This document shows positions 14,294 through 27,294 of a DNA stretch of 64,000 bases, piece by piece. The notes below the pieces were generated by a model, which did not search any database, was not told the DNA's origin, and saw only the letters and a list, made by a program, of their open reading frames with translations. Source of the DNA: Octopus vulgaris. Lineage: Eukaryota. The DNA lies in the NCBI GenBank assembly GCA_951406725.2, contig OX597825.1:4774001-4838000 (forward strand), given 5' to 3'. Numbering within the stretch: position 1 is the first letter of the stretch; each line of letters begins with the position of its first letter. The translations under genes were made by a program, and so were the position numbers.

Positions 14294-15453
14294 GTACGTC
14301 TGTGTGTGTGCTTGTGTGTAAGGTAAGTGAATGCATGTGTGTTTGAGTGTTTGTGAATGTGTGTGGTTGTGTGTGTGTATATATATATATATGCATATAT
14401 GGGTACGGGACGTAACAAAACGTAAACAACATGAAATACGAAGGTAAACTTGGGTATGCGAACAACGAGAAACAAATGGAGAACAAGACAAGTGGCATAA
14501 AGAACGACCCTTCATCATCAGTTGTCGGCTTTTCCTCTACTCCACATTTCGAGCAATTTACGATGATATGAGGCTTTCGAAAAACAGTTGCTCCAACAAA
14601 ACAAAATATAATTTGGGATTTGCGGAGGGTCAAATTTGGTAACAAAAACAAGACTGTGTAGACATACAACAAACCAAACGAAAACAAACATGGAAGTCCG
14701 TTAGGCCAGACGAGGTAAGGTAGCGAATGCTGGAGGAATATTGTCTTTGACAAGAGAAAAGATAGCAGGGGAGACAGATAAGAATGTGACAGACGGGAGG
14801 AAAAGAAAGATGATCACGTGAGGAAAAGAAAAATGCACGATGGTCACGTATGTGCAACGAGAGAGTGTAAAGGAGGAAGAGAGGGAGGGAGAGAGAGAAC
14901 GGTGAAAGGGAGAAACGAGAATTTGAAAAAGGAAGAGAGAGAAAAGGAAAGGGGGGGAAGAGAGAGCACAGTACAGTGTAGTGTCATACAGATATGTGTG
15001 TGTATGTATGTATGTATGTTTGTGTGCATGTCAGTGTATATGTGTGAGAGTGTGTAAGGTAAGTGAATGTGTATGCCTGTGTATTAATGTGTCAGTCCGT
15101 ATTTCTACAGTATGCAGTACGTATGCTTATGTGTCTATGTAACATTGTGTCTGTCTTATAGAGAAGAGAGAGGAGGGCGAGGCCGAGAAGAGGAGAGAGA
15201 CAGACAGAGATAAGAAGGAGAGAGAGAGAAAGAGGGAGAGATAGAGACAGAGAAGAGGGGAGACAGAGAGAGAGGAGAGAGAGAGATGGAGAGAGAGAGA
15301 AGAAGGAGAAGGAAGAGGGAGAGAGAGAGAAGAAGGATAGCGTAGGTAGATGTGTTTATACATCTTTGTTCGAAATTCTATGCCAGCGTTGTATGTATCT
15401 AATCCGTACATGGACCGTCCATGTCTGATATGGGTGGGAAGAATGTGTGTGTG

Positions 15454-15548
<95 letters not shown>

Positions 15549-15549
15549 A

Positions 15550-16344
15550 TAATTAATAAGGGTGAGAGAATTAGATACTAATTTAATAGTATATTTATTC
15601 CACACCAAGTGGCCTAGTGCTACGAGAAACCTGGATTATTATAATATTTTATAACATATTATAATATTTTCACAAAATAAATATAAGAGAGTGGTCACTA
15701 TATTGATCACTCTAGCACCAGTTAATCCAAAAGGTTTCAACCACGAAAATACATGTTTCCCATGAAAGCCAGTACGACTGTTAGCTCACACGGACAGGGC
15801 AAATAAAAAATAACAAAAATACAGATTATTTTGGGACAATTGTTTCGCTATTAATGAATTAAATGTAATATTACTTACAATAATCCATTTGTAGCTCTTC
15901 AGCCAAGACTATCTGGATGAAATCCACTCAATCACACGCCAGATTTTACCATAACGATAAATACGCGTGCGGTTCAATTGATTACATCGGACGTTATAAT
16001 TCAAATGCCCCAACCAACAGCGCGCCAAACTCTCACGGAAAACAAATACAGCATTTAGAAATAAATGCAGCATAATTATAATTAATTAATAAGGGTGAGA
16101 GAATTAGATACTAATTTAATAGTATATTTATTCCACACCAAGTGGCCTAGTGCTACGAGAAACCTGGATTATTATAATATTTTATAACATATTATAATAT
16201 TTTCACAAAATAAATATAAGAGAGTGGTCACTATATTGATCACTCTAGCACCAGTTAATCCAAAAGGTTTCAACCACGAAAATAGAAACATGGGAAACAT
16301 GTATTTTCGTGGTTGAAACCTTTTGGATTAACTGGTGCTAGAGT
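15550..16344 (-). mobile_element. Non-coding Penelope-like / retrozyme-like element: 533-bp unit, 202-bp direct repeat and 56-bp inverted segment
   Basis: 15550-15751 is repeated at 16083-16284 with no differences seen. 16289-16344 is the reverse complement of 15709-15764. Contains an HHR and is flanked by (TA)n. Confidence 0.8.
15831..15906 (-). ncRNA. Type I hammerhead ribozyme (canonical core)
   Basis: Minus strand: UUGG CUGAAGA GCUA...UAGC GAAA CAAUU GUC CCAA. Stem I UUGG/CCAA, stem II GCUA/UAGC, palindromic stem III ACAAUUGU, GUC cleavage triplet. Confidence 0.8.
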
Positions 16345-16350
16345 TATATT

Positions 16351-16407
<57 letters not shown>

Positions 16408-16514
16408 TACATATATATATAGTACAAAGTAAGATAGGGGTTATGGGTGTAACCTACTATAATATCCGTAAGTTGATGAACAAACTAAATTTGTTTCTCC
16501 ATTTTCTTATTTGC

Positions 16515-16591
<77 letters not shown>

Positions 16592-16686
16592 TGAGTGTCA
16601 ATGTTTTATACTTATCGGTGTACGAGATCATGCGTACAGTCATGTGTATAATGTGTGTGTGTCTGTATGTGTGTGTATGAGTGTGT

Positions 16687-16724
<38 letters not shown>

Positions 16725-17324
16725 TTCCATGCGAGCGAGTCGGTGTTGGCGGTGTGTCAAATGACGCTTCTTATTATAGTAAAGTGCTTTAGATGTATTT
16801 CAAATGACATTTTAAAGAGGCGACGGGTCCTCCCTCCTTCCCGCACCCCACCCACATTGATAATAACCATTACCGTTCTATGTGTATTGACTAAACACAA
16901 GACTTCATACTTGTGGAGAGAGATGTGGGATTAGGATGCTTTACACTTTTTCGACATTTCCCTCCATAACAAAAATATTTGTTGGAACTCCTTGAACAGG
17001 TTATCTAAACCTCATCGAGTCTACTTCCAGCCGAGCGGCTTTGACAATACACAATAAATAGGAAGGCGATTAAGCACACACTCACACACACACTCCCACA
17101 CACATACGCAGACACACACGCATACAAAAACAAACACACACAAACACAGAGACATCGCACACACACACACACTACACATGCATATATCTTTATATATGTA
17201 TACATGTATATATCTTTATATATGTATAACATGTATACATGTATATATTTATACATATATGTAAGGATGCACGTAATATACACATATATATATATACATA
17301 CATACACACACACACACATTATAC

Positions 17325-17700
17325 GCGCAGGCGTGGCTGTGTGGTAAGAAGCTTATTTCCCAGTCGCATGGCCCTGGGTTCAGTCCCACTGCGTGGCACC
17401 TTCGGCAAGTGTCTTCTACTATAACCTCGAGCCTTGCCTTATGAGTTGATTTGGTAGACGGAAACTGAAGAAAGCCCCTCGCATGTGTCTGTGTGTGTGT
17501 GTGTGTGCATGCTCGCACGTCTTTGTGTATGTGTGTGTTCCCAGCACCTTTTAACGACCAGTATTGGTGTTATCATATCCCCGTGATTTAGCAGTCCGGC
17601 AAAAGTTGGATAGAATATGTACTATGCTTTAAAATTATAAGTATCCGAATCAATGCATTTGACTAAAACTTTTAGGCGGTGCTCAAACATGACTGTAGTG
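17325..17700 (+). mobile_element. Family B SINE (diverged)
   Basis: gcgcaggcgtggctgtgtggtaagaagc...gggttcagtcccactgcgtggcacc; internal (TG)n; tail ggcggtgctcaaacatgac. Confidence 0.85.
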
Positions 17701-18371
17701 ACACAAGTCAAAGATTTACACACACACACACGCACGCACACACACGTACACAAAACAACAACAATGCTGTACACACACATATTCACATGCAAAGATACAT
17801 ACACACACTCATGCGCATATACATAAATAGTTATGTATACCTTTATAATTATATATATACATATATATAACAACATACATCATTTATGCATATTTACTGA
17901 CAAATCTAATTAAGATGTATGAACACGAGAAAAGTTTGTCTCATTTAAGTGAATAACTGAATGATATTAAATTATATTTAAAGGATGATATAAGCATAAC
18001 GAAATGAAATGACAAATTGCTGCATTTTGGCTGCCAATCATTGCAGAAGACAAATCAGAGAAAAATATAGCTATTGAAAACTATTTCAATTTAATGTATT
18101 TGTCAAACTCACAATAGTTAATTAAAGCTCATGCATTAAAAATGAATTAGAATTTGATGATAATGAGAAATGAAACGTTTTGTGAACTTATCCTCAACGG
18201 CAAACATTATAGTAAGTAGCTAATACAACCATTGCAGTTACGATGCTGCAGTAGCACATCTGTTGCCGTCTACTATGGTCCTTTGTTTTGCAGCATCTAA
18301 ATAATATCAACGCAAATATTTATGGCAGATCAAGGACTGAATGAATTTAATCAGTCAACAATATGTATCCT

Positions 18372-18604
18372 ATTTTTTTTACTACCCACAAGGGGCTAAA
18401 CACAAAGTGGATAAACAAGGACAGACAAATGGATTAAGTCGATTATATCGATCCCAGTGCGTAACTGCAACTTAATTTATCGACCCTGAAAGAATGAAAG
18501 GCAAAGTCGACCTCGGCGGAATTTGAACTCTGAACGTAACGGCAGACGAAATACGGGTATGCATTTCACCCGACGTGCTAACGATTCTGCCAGCTCGCCT
18601 CCTT
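18372..18604 (-). mobile_element. Full-length family A SINE with 19-bp TSD
   Basis: TSD agtcaacaatatgtatcct (18353-18371) / agtcagcaatatgtatcct (18605-18623), one mismatch. Confidence 0.9.
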
Positions 18605-19174
18605 AGTCAGCAATATGTATCCTGATGAACTGGTCAGTTGCTTGTACAAGTTCAACGATATTGGCTTCTTGTATCTCTCCAAATTTTGCCTTGTTTTGTT
18701 AGAATTATTTTGCTTTCATTTATCCTTTCAAACGCTGAAGATTATTATTAATTCATACAATTTTTTCCACCTTCTGACGTGTTAAAATATCTAAAATGGC
18801 TTCATTCTCATTATCGCTCGTATTTGATTAGGCCTGGTCAATTTTGAGTTCCACCTTAAATTCGTCAATTTCTCACCAAACTTCTGCAACAAACAGCATT
18901 GATTGCGAAGGTTAAACTTTCTGTTGGCTTCTTCACCTGTGAAAGTGACGTCAGTAAATTCTATTTCATTGATTCACAGAAATAATTAACCAAATTCTTG
19001 CATTATAAAACCTTCAATTTATTTATTTCCATTTCCATTAAATACACTAAGGATATGCGTTAACAGAAAAGAATTTTATAAAAATATTAATTAAACTTAA
19101 CTGAAGGAATATGCTGTATGGTTTCCAAAAAGTAACAGTGCTGTTCTAGATTTCACTCATACAGACACCAATAT

Positions 19175-19205
<31 letters not shown>

Positions 19206-19298
19206 CTTTTAATATAAGGATAAAAGTTTTCAAAAAACAAAAATTTATCAGTGGCCAGCATATTAAAATACTATTCAAGGTGAAAATTATAACCAATT

Positions 19299-19530
19299 AC
19301 TCTTTTACTCTTTTACTTGTGGCAGTCATTTGATTGTGGCCATGCTGGAGCACCGCCTTTATAGTCGAGCAAATCGACCCCAGAGCTTATTCTTTGTAAG
19401 CCTAGTACTTATTCTATCGGTCTCTTTTGCCGAACCACTACGTTACGGGGACGTAAACAAACCAGCATCAGTTGTCAAGCGATGCTGGGGGGACAAACAG
19501 ACACACAAACATATACACACACATATACAT

Positions 19531-19568
<38 letters not shown>

Positions 19569-19725
19569 TTATACGATGGGCTTCTTCCAGTTTCCGTCTA
19601 CCAAATCCACTCACGAGGCTTTGGTCGGCCCGAGGCTATAGTAGAAGACACTTACCCAAGTTGCCACGCAGTCGGACTGAACCTGGGACAAGTGGTTGGT
19701 AACTAAGCTACTTACCACACAGCCA
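19299..19725 (-). mobile_element. Near full-length family B SINE
   Basis: Closely similar to 9194-9577, with the (agtaaaag)2 tail. Confidence 0.9.
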
Positions 19726-19732
19726 CCAACAG

Positions 19733-20185
19733 AAAAAAAAATTCAGTATGCTGAAAAACAGTCCTTATCGTCTAACCACATAGGATATTTTTCACTATAA
19801 ATACACAGCGTGTTGAAATGAGGAAAGCTAGCTAATAGAAATTTTTAAAATTCGATATTCCCGAACCGAACCGATTTCTGGATTTATCCACAAGGATTCT
19901 TCCTTCTTCAACGAGAAACGGGATTAGAATAAATGGAACATTTACTTATACCCACGGAAAAAGCAGATGCAAAGTCATGAATACATTTAAGTGCCCCAAA
20001 TATATCTAAACAGAAATTCAGTAATAAGTTTCAGCACAAGTGTACACGGTCTGGAAAACTCACGTAAAACGGTTACCAGTCCCGAAGTGAAGAATAAGTG
20101 AAAAATATTCTGTGGTTAGACGATCTAAAGTCTATTTTTCAGCATATTGGCATGGAATTTTTTTGCCCTTATTTATAATTGTTTA
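19733..20185. mobile_element. Fold-back Penelope-like terminal fragment
   Basis: Imperfect inverted arms at about 19733-19796 and 20097-20165 (tatgctgaaaaa..atcgtctaaccaca..atatttttcact). Confidence 0.5.
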
Positions 20186-20190
20186 TATAT

Positions 20191-20400
20191 AACGGGAAGC
20201 TTTATGAAAATAAACAAAAGACGAAGGCAGGTGGAGTACAAACAAACAATTGTATTAGTATGGCGCTCAGGAATATAAATAAAACAAGTCTTTTACGTTT
20301 CGAGCCTACGCTCTTCGACAGAAAGATACACAGAAAAGAAACACGGAGAGAAACAAGGAGAGAAAAAAAAATGCGTGCAGAAGCTAGCGATTCAACATGG
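20191..20400 (-). mobile_element. Short Penelope-like element with HHR variant at 20290-20325
   Basis: Homologous to 29236-29425 in the opposite orientation. Minus strand reads CUUU CUGUCGA A GAGC GUAG GCUC GAAA C GUA AAAG. Confidence 0.65.
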
Positions 20401-20689
20401 CGAACTGATTCTGACCAGAAGTCAGAGATCAAACGTCAGACACAAGAGCGAAAATAGGGGAGATAATAGGGTCAAATGACTTCGCCCCAACATAAGGGTG
20501 CATGTGTGTATGAGGGAGTATGTGGTGCGTATGAAAGGTCTGGACGTGTGTATGTATGTATGATGTGATGTGTAATGTCGTATGGTGTAGTGTAGAGAGG
20601 GGAGTTGAGGGGGAGAGTGAGAGAGAGAGTGGAGGAGAGGGTGAGGTGGAGGAGGGGGGTTGAGATGAGGGGAGGAGAGATAATTGTTG

Positions 20690-20965
20690 TGACCCCATTC
20701 GGTTATGACTGACCATGGGATTGTACCTAGAAAGTTACCCTACGCGGCACAAGTTTGAGCAAGGTTGTTTATGGAAGACCAGGAGTCCCCGACGCATACC
20801 GGTCTCCTCTCTCCACGCCACCGATGTTATCCAAGGGAATGGAAAAGGCCGATACAGCTTGGAACCAGTGATGTCAAAGGGTTCACCACCACCCCCTTTA
20901 GGTATTTTCGTTCAATAAACACTCACAATGCCCGGTCTTGGAATCGAAACCACGATCCTACGACA
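20690..20965 (-). mobile_element. Family D SINE (diverged)
   Basis: gggattgtacctagaaagttac...gccgatacagcttgg...gggaatcgaa aligns with 6566-6862. Confidence 0.7.
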
Positions 20966-21321
20966 CACGTAATATATATATTTATATATATATATATACA
21001 TACATACATACAGAGTGTTTACTTCTTTTTTTATCAAAATACGTGAGTTTTATTGGTCAACTTTAGAAATTATCATTATTCAGCGCTTAGAACAATAGTA
21101 CACAAATTTTGGACACAAGCCCATCTGAATCTTTGTATGTGTGTGTGTGTGTGTGTGTGTATGTGTGTGTGTGAAACTGAAATTCCTTGAGAAAGAGAGT
21201 GACGAAATAACACGAAATAGGTATTTAAAAAAAAGGAAAAACCGTTTGAAAAGAGAGGATACAAGAAAACATTGAAAGATAAGAGGAGGATAGAAAGACG
21301 AGAGTAAAAGGTACACACACA

Positions 21322-21365
<44 letters not shown>

Positions 21366-21375
21366 CACACACACA

Positions 21376-21474
<99 letters not shown>

Positions 21475-21726
21475 GCACACACACACACACAGTGAGAAAA
21501 AGCAAAAGAAAGACAGACAGAAAGAAAGTGGGCGTATGTGAAGCAGAGTAAGCGACGGCTGACATACGCTTAAATCGGCCGAGAGAGGACAAAGAACATT
21601 CACAACAAAAGAACTATTTGTTACTGTTTGCAGCTAATTAGAGAGGTTTTGATAGAAACTATGCGATGATGTATAAATATCAGCTTTCATTCGCTTACTG
21701 ACAATGAAACATTGCCTAATAGTGAA

Positions 21727-21830
<104 letters not shown>

Positions 21831-21865
21831 TAAAGAATGCGCGCACATTCACACACATATAAATT

Positions 21866-22449
21866 TGTTATCAGAGGCTAGCCAGGCCGTGGAGATACCA
21901 CGCAGAACCTTTAAGAAGTGGCCTAATTGGCTGTAATATTTATAGAGAGAGAGAGAGAGACGGAAAAACATTGATCAAGGATTAGATTTAGCACAGCGTT
22001 ACAGAAGTTATTAATAAAGAACTTGAATCCATACAGTGAAGGAAAGCATCAGCAGTTGTGTTGCTAGAAATAATCCGTCACTTGGGTCTATACTATCGGC
22101 ATGTCATTTGGTAATTTTTGAGCGCTCGTTCTGTTGTAAGCATTCGGAACAGGTCTCTTGTTCGAGGATAATTTCTGGTTTTGAGGCTATGTCCGGTTTG
22201 AGGGGAACTTTTCTACTCACTAGTCTCGGTTTGCTATGGAAACGAAAAGTGAAAGCAGTAGCTTATCGGCGGAGATCAGGGGAAGGCCTAACCTGCGCAA
22301 GGTTTTCGTGGATAGAGACGGCACTTTTGGGTGAGCTATATGAGCCTGTATAGAGCTGATGTGGGGGCCGGAGAATAGGGCGGGACATTCGAGGTCCACA
22401 CACTCTAGCTATGCCACTGATGGAGAAATATATACCACAGCCTTTAACA
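21866..22449. mobile_element. Candidate solo LTR (584 bp)
   Basis: Starts TGTTA and ends TAACA (tgttatcagaggct / agcctttaaca). Flanks aatt/aatg form an imperfect 4-bp TSD. Higher complexity than the surroundings; AATAAA near 22013. Confidence 0.45.
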
Positions 22450-22489
22450 AATGAACAGTTGATTTAAATATATATTTAAATATATATAT

Positions 22490-22598
22490 TGATAAAAATA
22501 GTAAGACAACAAAATAATGAAAGAGACCTCGATATTATGTAAATAGAGGAATTTATCTGTAAATGTAATATGTGACAATTATTCGGTAGCCATGATAA

Positions 22599-22600
<2 letters not shown>
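22490..22600 (-). mobile_element. Penelope-like terminal fragment related to 44594-44692
   Basis: Reverse complement gttttatcatggctaccgaataattgtcacatattac matches 44647-44692. Confidence 0.55.
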
Positions 22601-22633
<33 letters not shown>

Positions 22634-22709
22634 TTAGTTGTGTTCATGACTTAGTGTTTGCTTCTTCTATGGGTATGAGTAAGTATCTCATTTACTTCTT
22701 TGCCACATG

Positions 22710-22763
22710 TATCACTGACAAAGGGAGGGTTCTTTTTGAACTAACCCTGAAATCGGTCCGATA
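22710..22763 (+). ncRNA. Degenerate type I hammerhead motif in a Penelope-like end
   Basis: UAUCA CUGACAA AGGG...CCCU GAAA UCG GUC CGAUA. Core G8 is replaced by A. Confidence 0.45.
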
Positions 22764-22924
22764 TGGTAATAGTGGAATTTTTTAGAGATTTCTGTTGACC
22801 TTTTTTCGAGTAGCGTGCGTACTGGGAAAAAAATTATATGGTAAATGGACAATATGTCCAATTTTCGGCATATTTGGCATTAGAAATGTTTTCGTTTGCC
22901 CTTATTTATAAGTTGTATATATAA

Positions 22925-22963
<39 letters not shown>

Positions 22964-24956
22964 TATATGTTTGTATGTAGATAGGTATGTAGGTAGGTTG
23001 GTAAATGGGTAGGTAGGTAGGTAAGAATTCATACGATATTCAGGTTTCATATGTATTCGTATACATATTTACATATATACATGCACGCATACATACACAC
23101 ACTTGCATAAATACATACTTGCATGTATGTATGCATACATACACACACACACATACATACATACAAATATATATACCTACATACACACATACACACGCTT
23201 GTATACATACATACTTGCATGTATGTATGCATACATACACGCACACATACATACATACACATTTATATACCTACATACATACATACACACACACACTTCA
23301 AATTTCTGCAGTACAGCCTTAATCAATAATGTCAATGAGTTGTTCTCACAGTATTTATCTGGCCCCAAACGATGTTATTTAGTTGAAGCAACAGCAGAAC
23401 CTTTTCCTTTGCCTTCTCCTCCAATTTATTTAGTTTTTATTTCATTTTATTTTCTCCTGATTTTTTTCTTTAAATTTTTATCTCAGTAAGACAGAACCAC
23501 ATTTTCAATTTCAAATCTCCTGGAGACCGACTGCTAATAAGATTTTGAAATTCTACATTAATTGAAATTCACTTCCAGAAAATGTAATCGATTCCATCAG
23601 GTTTCAAATTTCTTTTTTTTTTAGGGATTTTTGATTAAACAACGATGTTATATTCCATTTGTATAACTCAAGATTTATAAGAATTTTTACGACTCAATCC
23701 TACCCACAATTCTATTCTTCGTATAAATCTAAATTAGATAACAAGTATATTGATAATGTTTCACTCAAGATGTTTCCTGATTGAAAAATTTGCTAAAAAT
23801 CCATTCTAGATATGTTTGGATTAATGAAGCACCAAAATATTGCTTCTTAGCTTAAGCTCTTGGAGCGGTTCTTGGATTTTCAGCGGTGACCGATAACAAC
23901 TAATGTTATTTTCGTTGATTGATCCTGAGCTCCATGTCAAGAACACAAACGCTAAAGGTAAGAATGAATTTCTACACAATTGCTCTTCTTGTTGAAAATA
24001 ACAGCCGAAACATTCTTAAATCACACCCTACCGTCTTCAGGATGAACTGGTATAAAGGATTATATGGTTCCTACCTGGGTAAACAAAAAGAGAGTGTGTT
24101 CATAACAGCGACGTATTTTATCAGAAATTTTCTTTAGGGATAACGGAAAGCTAAAGAAAAATAACAACTATAAATATTTAAATAAGAAAAAGAAAACAAG
24201 TTTGAAATATTTTCTATTAGGAAAATTGCTAATTTAACTGCTACCATTATCGACTGGTATATATATGTATACATATGTATGTATACGCATACATGCATAA
24301 ATACAAACACGCTTACATAAATACAAACATGCTTTGTACGAAATTTTTGTATGGTTTTTATTTCTCAACCAATTCTTAGCGAACTGGCAAAATCGTAAAG
24401 TCAACAAAATAACACAAAAAAAAAGAAAAAGAAAGCTTTGCCGCATTTGGTCCGTCATTTCACACAAGAATTTCAAAAACCTCCACCAAGGTCGACTTTG
24501 CCCTTCAGCTGCTGGAGGTCAATGAAATAAAGTACCAGTTCGATACTGGGGTAGATGTTATTGACTAACGCCCCACCATCTCCTCTAAAAATTACTAACC
24601 TCCAGCCTAAACCATAAACCATTATTACTACTGAACGAAATTAACTACACGTGTGGTTATAGCAAACATCTGATACCTTTTAAGCCCTAATAAATAGGGC
24701 ACTGCAAAGATATTCTTTTAAAGGGAAAGATCTATTATCGTAAAACTGACAGGTGTTATCAATAAAATGTGAAAAGTTGGTCGGCAAGAAAAGCATTTCA
24801 CGTATAAACATCTATTTGCACTTTTCTGGTATATTTTATTTTATTTCTTCACTGATTTTAGTTGTTTTATTGTTTTGCTACTCCTCGTCTGACCTTTGTC
24901 TGTCGACTTCACTCTATATCTCTTTCTCTCACTCTCGTTTTCTATTTCACTCTGTA

Positions 24957-25080
<124 letters not shown>

Positions 25081-25273
25081 GAGTAAGCTCATAAATGTGA
25101 AACAAGGTGGAAAAAAGAGTACTCAAAACCAGAGGTAGAGTAATATGCTTTATTTAAAAGCAGCAGAAATATAACAGAATCTGTTACTCAGAGTAACAAG
25201 AACTGTCCGACGAACGGGGACGTGAAACTCTGAGTAACATCTTTTGTTATATTTCTGTTGCTTTTAAATAAAG
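25081..25273 (+). mobile_element. Fold-back Penelope-like fragment with HHR variant
   Basis: Inverted arms 25148-25194 / 25227-25273. Motif CUGU CCGACGA ACG GGGA CGU GAAA CUCUGAGUA ACA spans the spacer and right arm. Confidence 0.65.
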
Positions 25274-25306
<33 letters not shown>

Positions 25307-25595
25307 ATGTGTGTGTATGTGTGTGTGTGTGTGTATCTACATACATACATACATACATACATACATTCATCGGAATGTGTTGAAAGTAACACATCCCAAT
25401 AAATCTAAAATGTGCCATAATACCACCACAATAAAAAAATTTTAAGTCAGGATATTTAAGAACTTCGCTCCTCTACGTAATAAATATGGAATTACATTTC
25501 CGACGGTTAAGCGCTCATGCATTTGAACTTCGTGTGTGAGCAAGTATGGAAACGTGCGGCTGTGCGAGTTCCCTAAAAATCCCCGCCTTTCTCTA

Positions 25596-25714
<119 letters not shown>

Positions 25715-26193
25715 TATAGAAAACTGATACACACAGTGTTGTACGCTTAATTATTAATGGTTCAGAAGCAAATATCTTCTTAGTTTTTTTACCGCAAGAA
25801 TGTCATTCTTCAGATGCATTATTCTATGTTGAGCAAAGAAACGGTGTACAATTGGTGGTGCGTAATATAATGGCATTAGCATCATGTAGCACGTTTTACA
25901 TTCTGCCAATGAATAATACACTTAACATTCTTGTCCAGTCGCCATCTCGGCACCAACTAATAGCAACAGGAAGCCTTTCGCACCGAGGCATCTTAAGCTC
26001 CTCAGAGTCGTGTCGTAACAATGCAGCAACCATATAAGAAAGAGAGGGGAGGCGGTAAATCTCTCTCTCTCTCTCTGTTTTCCTTTCTGCCTTAGTTTCC
26101 CTCCCCTCCTAATAGTCTCTGTTTTTATATAACCTTCACATTAGGTGGGAGATGAAGATTACATTTATGTGTATCTCTCGCTCCCTCTCTCTT

Positions 26194-26252
<59 letters not shown>

Positions 26253-26467
26253 ATATGTACATACAGGTTGACCAGCATTTACTTGTTCTGACCCCTTTCA
26301 GGTAAGACATTATTATTGTTCACTGATATTTTTTCCTGTCTTGTCTGTAATAGATTTGTGACTTTTCGGTGGTACAGAAGTATTATTCGGCTTCTATTTT
26401 TTAGCGATATAGGTATTCATGTAGTACACTTGTGTATATATGTACATACCTAATACTGTATTTGCAT

Positions 26468-26522
<55 letters not shown>

Positions 26523-26599
26523 ATGTGTGTATGTACATATATATATATATATATTGTAACAACACACGTGCTGTTGGCAATTACTTTTGCTTCTTTGGA

Positions 26600-26636
26600 C
26601 TTTTCCGACGAAGAGCTATACACGAAACGTCAAAAG
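26600..26636 (+). ncRNA. Minimal hammerhead-like motif (CCGACGA core)
   Basis: CUUUU CCGACGA A GAG CUAUA CAC GAAA C GUC AAAAG. 5-bp stem I, palindromic ACGU stem III, one mismatch in stem II. Confidence 0.5.
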
Positions 26637-26864
26637 CTCTCTCTTTTTACCGGGTGTCACTCGAATATATTCCTTTTGCACTTCCTCATTGTCGGTTATT
26701 GTTAATTTTATTGTTCGTTTACTTGAATTGACTACATGTGTGTGTGTGAATTTATACATACACACACACACATATTTATAAAGCGAATTTACACGAAGTA
26801 CGATCATTGATAGAAACAAAAGCCGGTAAGTTATCGGCGCTGTGTAGAGCTTCACTGAATGTTG

Positions 26865-27067
26865 ACAGGCAGAGATGTTTGTGGGCCGTGAATATAGGAA
26901 ACTTCTGTCCTACCTCTATGTAGACCGTTAGAGAAATGAAGGATAATTCAATACTGCAATTTCAAACTCTTCGTATCACGTGCGTTGGCGCGAATCCGAT
27001 TGGTCATCTTCAGTTGAATCCACCGTTAACGACGAAATTTTAAAACATTCACTACATCTCTGCCTGT
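26865..27067. mobile_element. MITE candidate
   Basis: Perfect 14-bp inverted repeat acaggcagagatgt (26865-26878) / acatctctgcctgt (27054-27067). No clear TSD. Confidence 0.4.
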
Positions 27068-27206
27068 TTACTCGGCTGAAATCCCCAGTCAAAATTCGAA
27101 CCAAGATCAGTGATAAGATATGCAAGAGATACAAATATTATTTTAAAAAATGATAATACTATCCAGCAAGAATAAAACATCATAGTAATATTTTTTTATC
27201 TCTTAT

Positions 27207-27291
<85 letters not shown>

Positions 27292-27294
27292 TAA

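Noticed and set aside
15550-16284. LTR retrotransposon / TRIM or CRISPR-like repeat
   Set aside because: No TG...CA termini, PBS/PPT or repeat-spacer array. The HHR and inverted end fit a Penelope/retrozyme-type structure better.
17880-19060. Possible old DNA-transposon ORF around the SINE insertion
   Set aside because: No diagnostic motifs recovered in the translations.
23490-24080. Possible Penelope RT remnant (NITSLF-like motif, minus strand)
   Set aside because: Too degraded to support by eye; needs a frameshift-aware HMM search.
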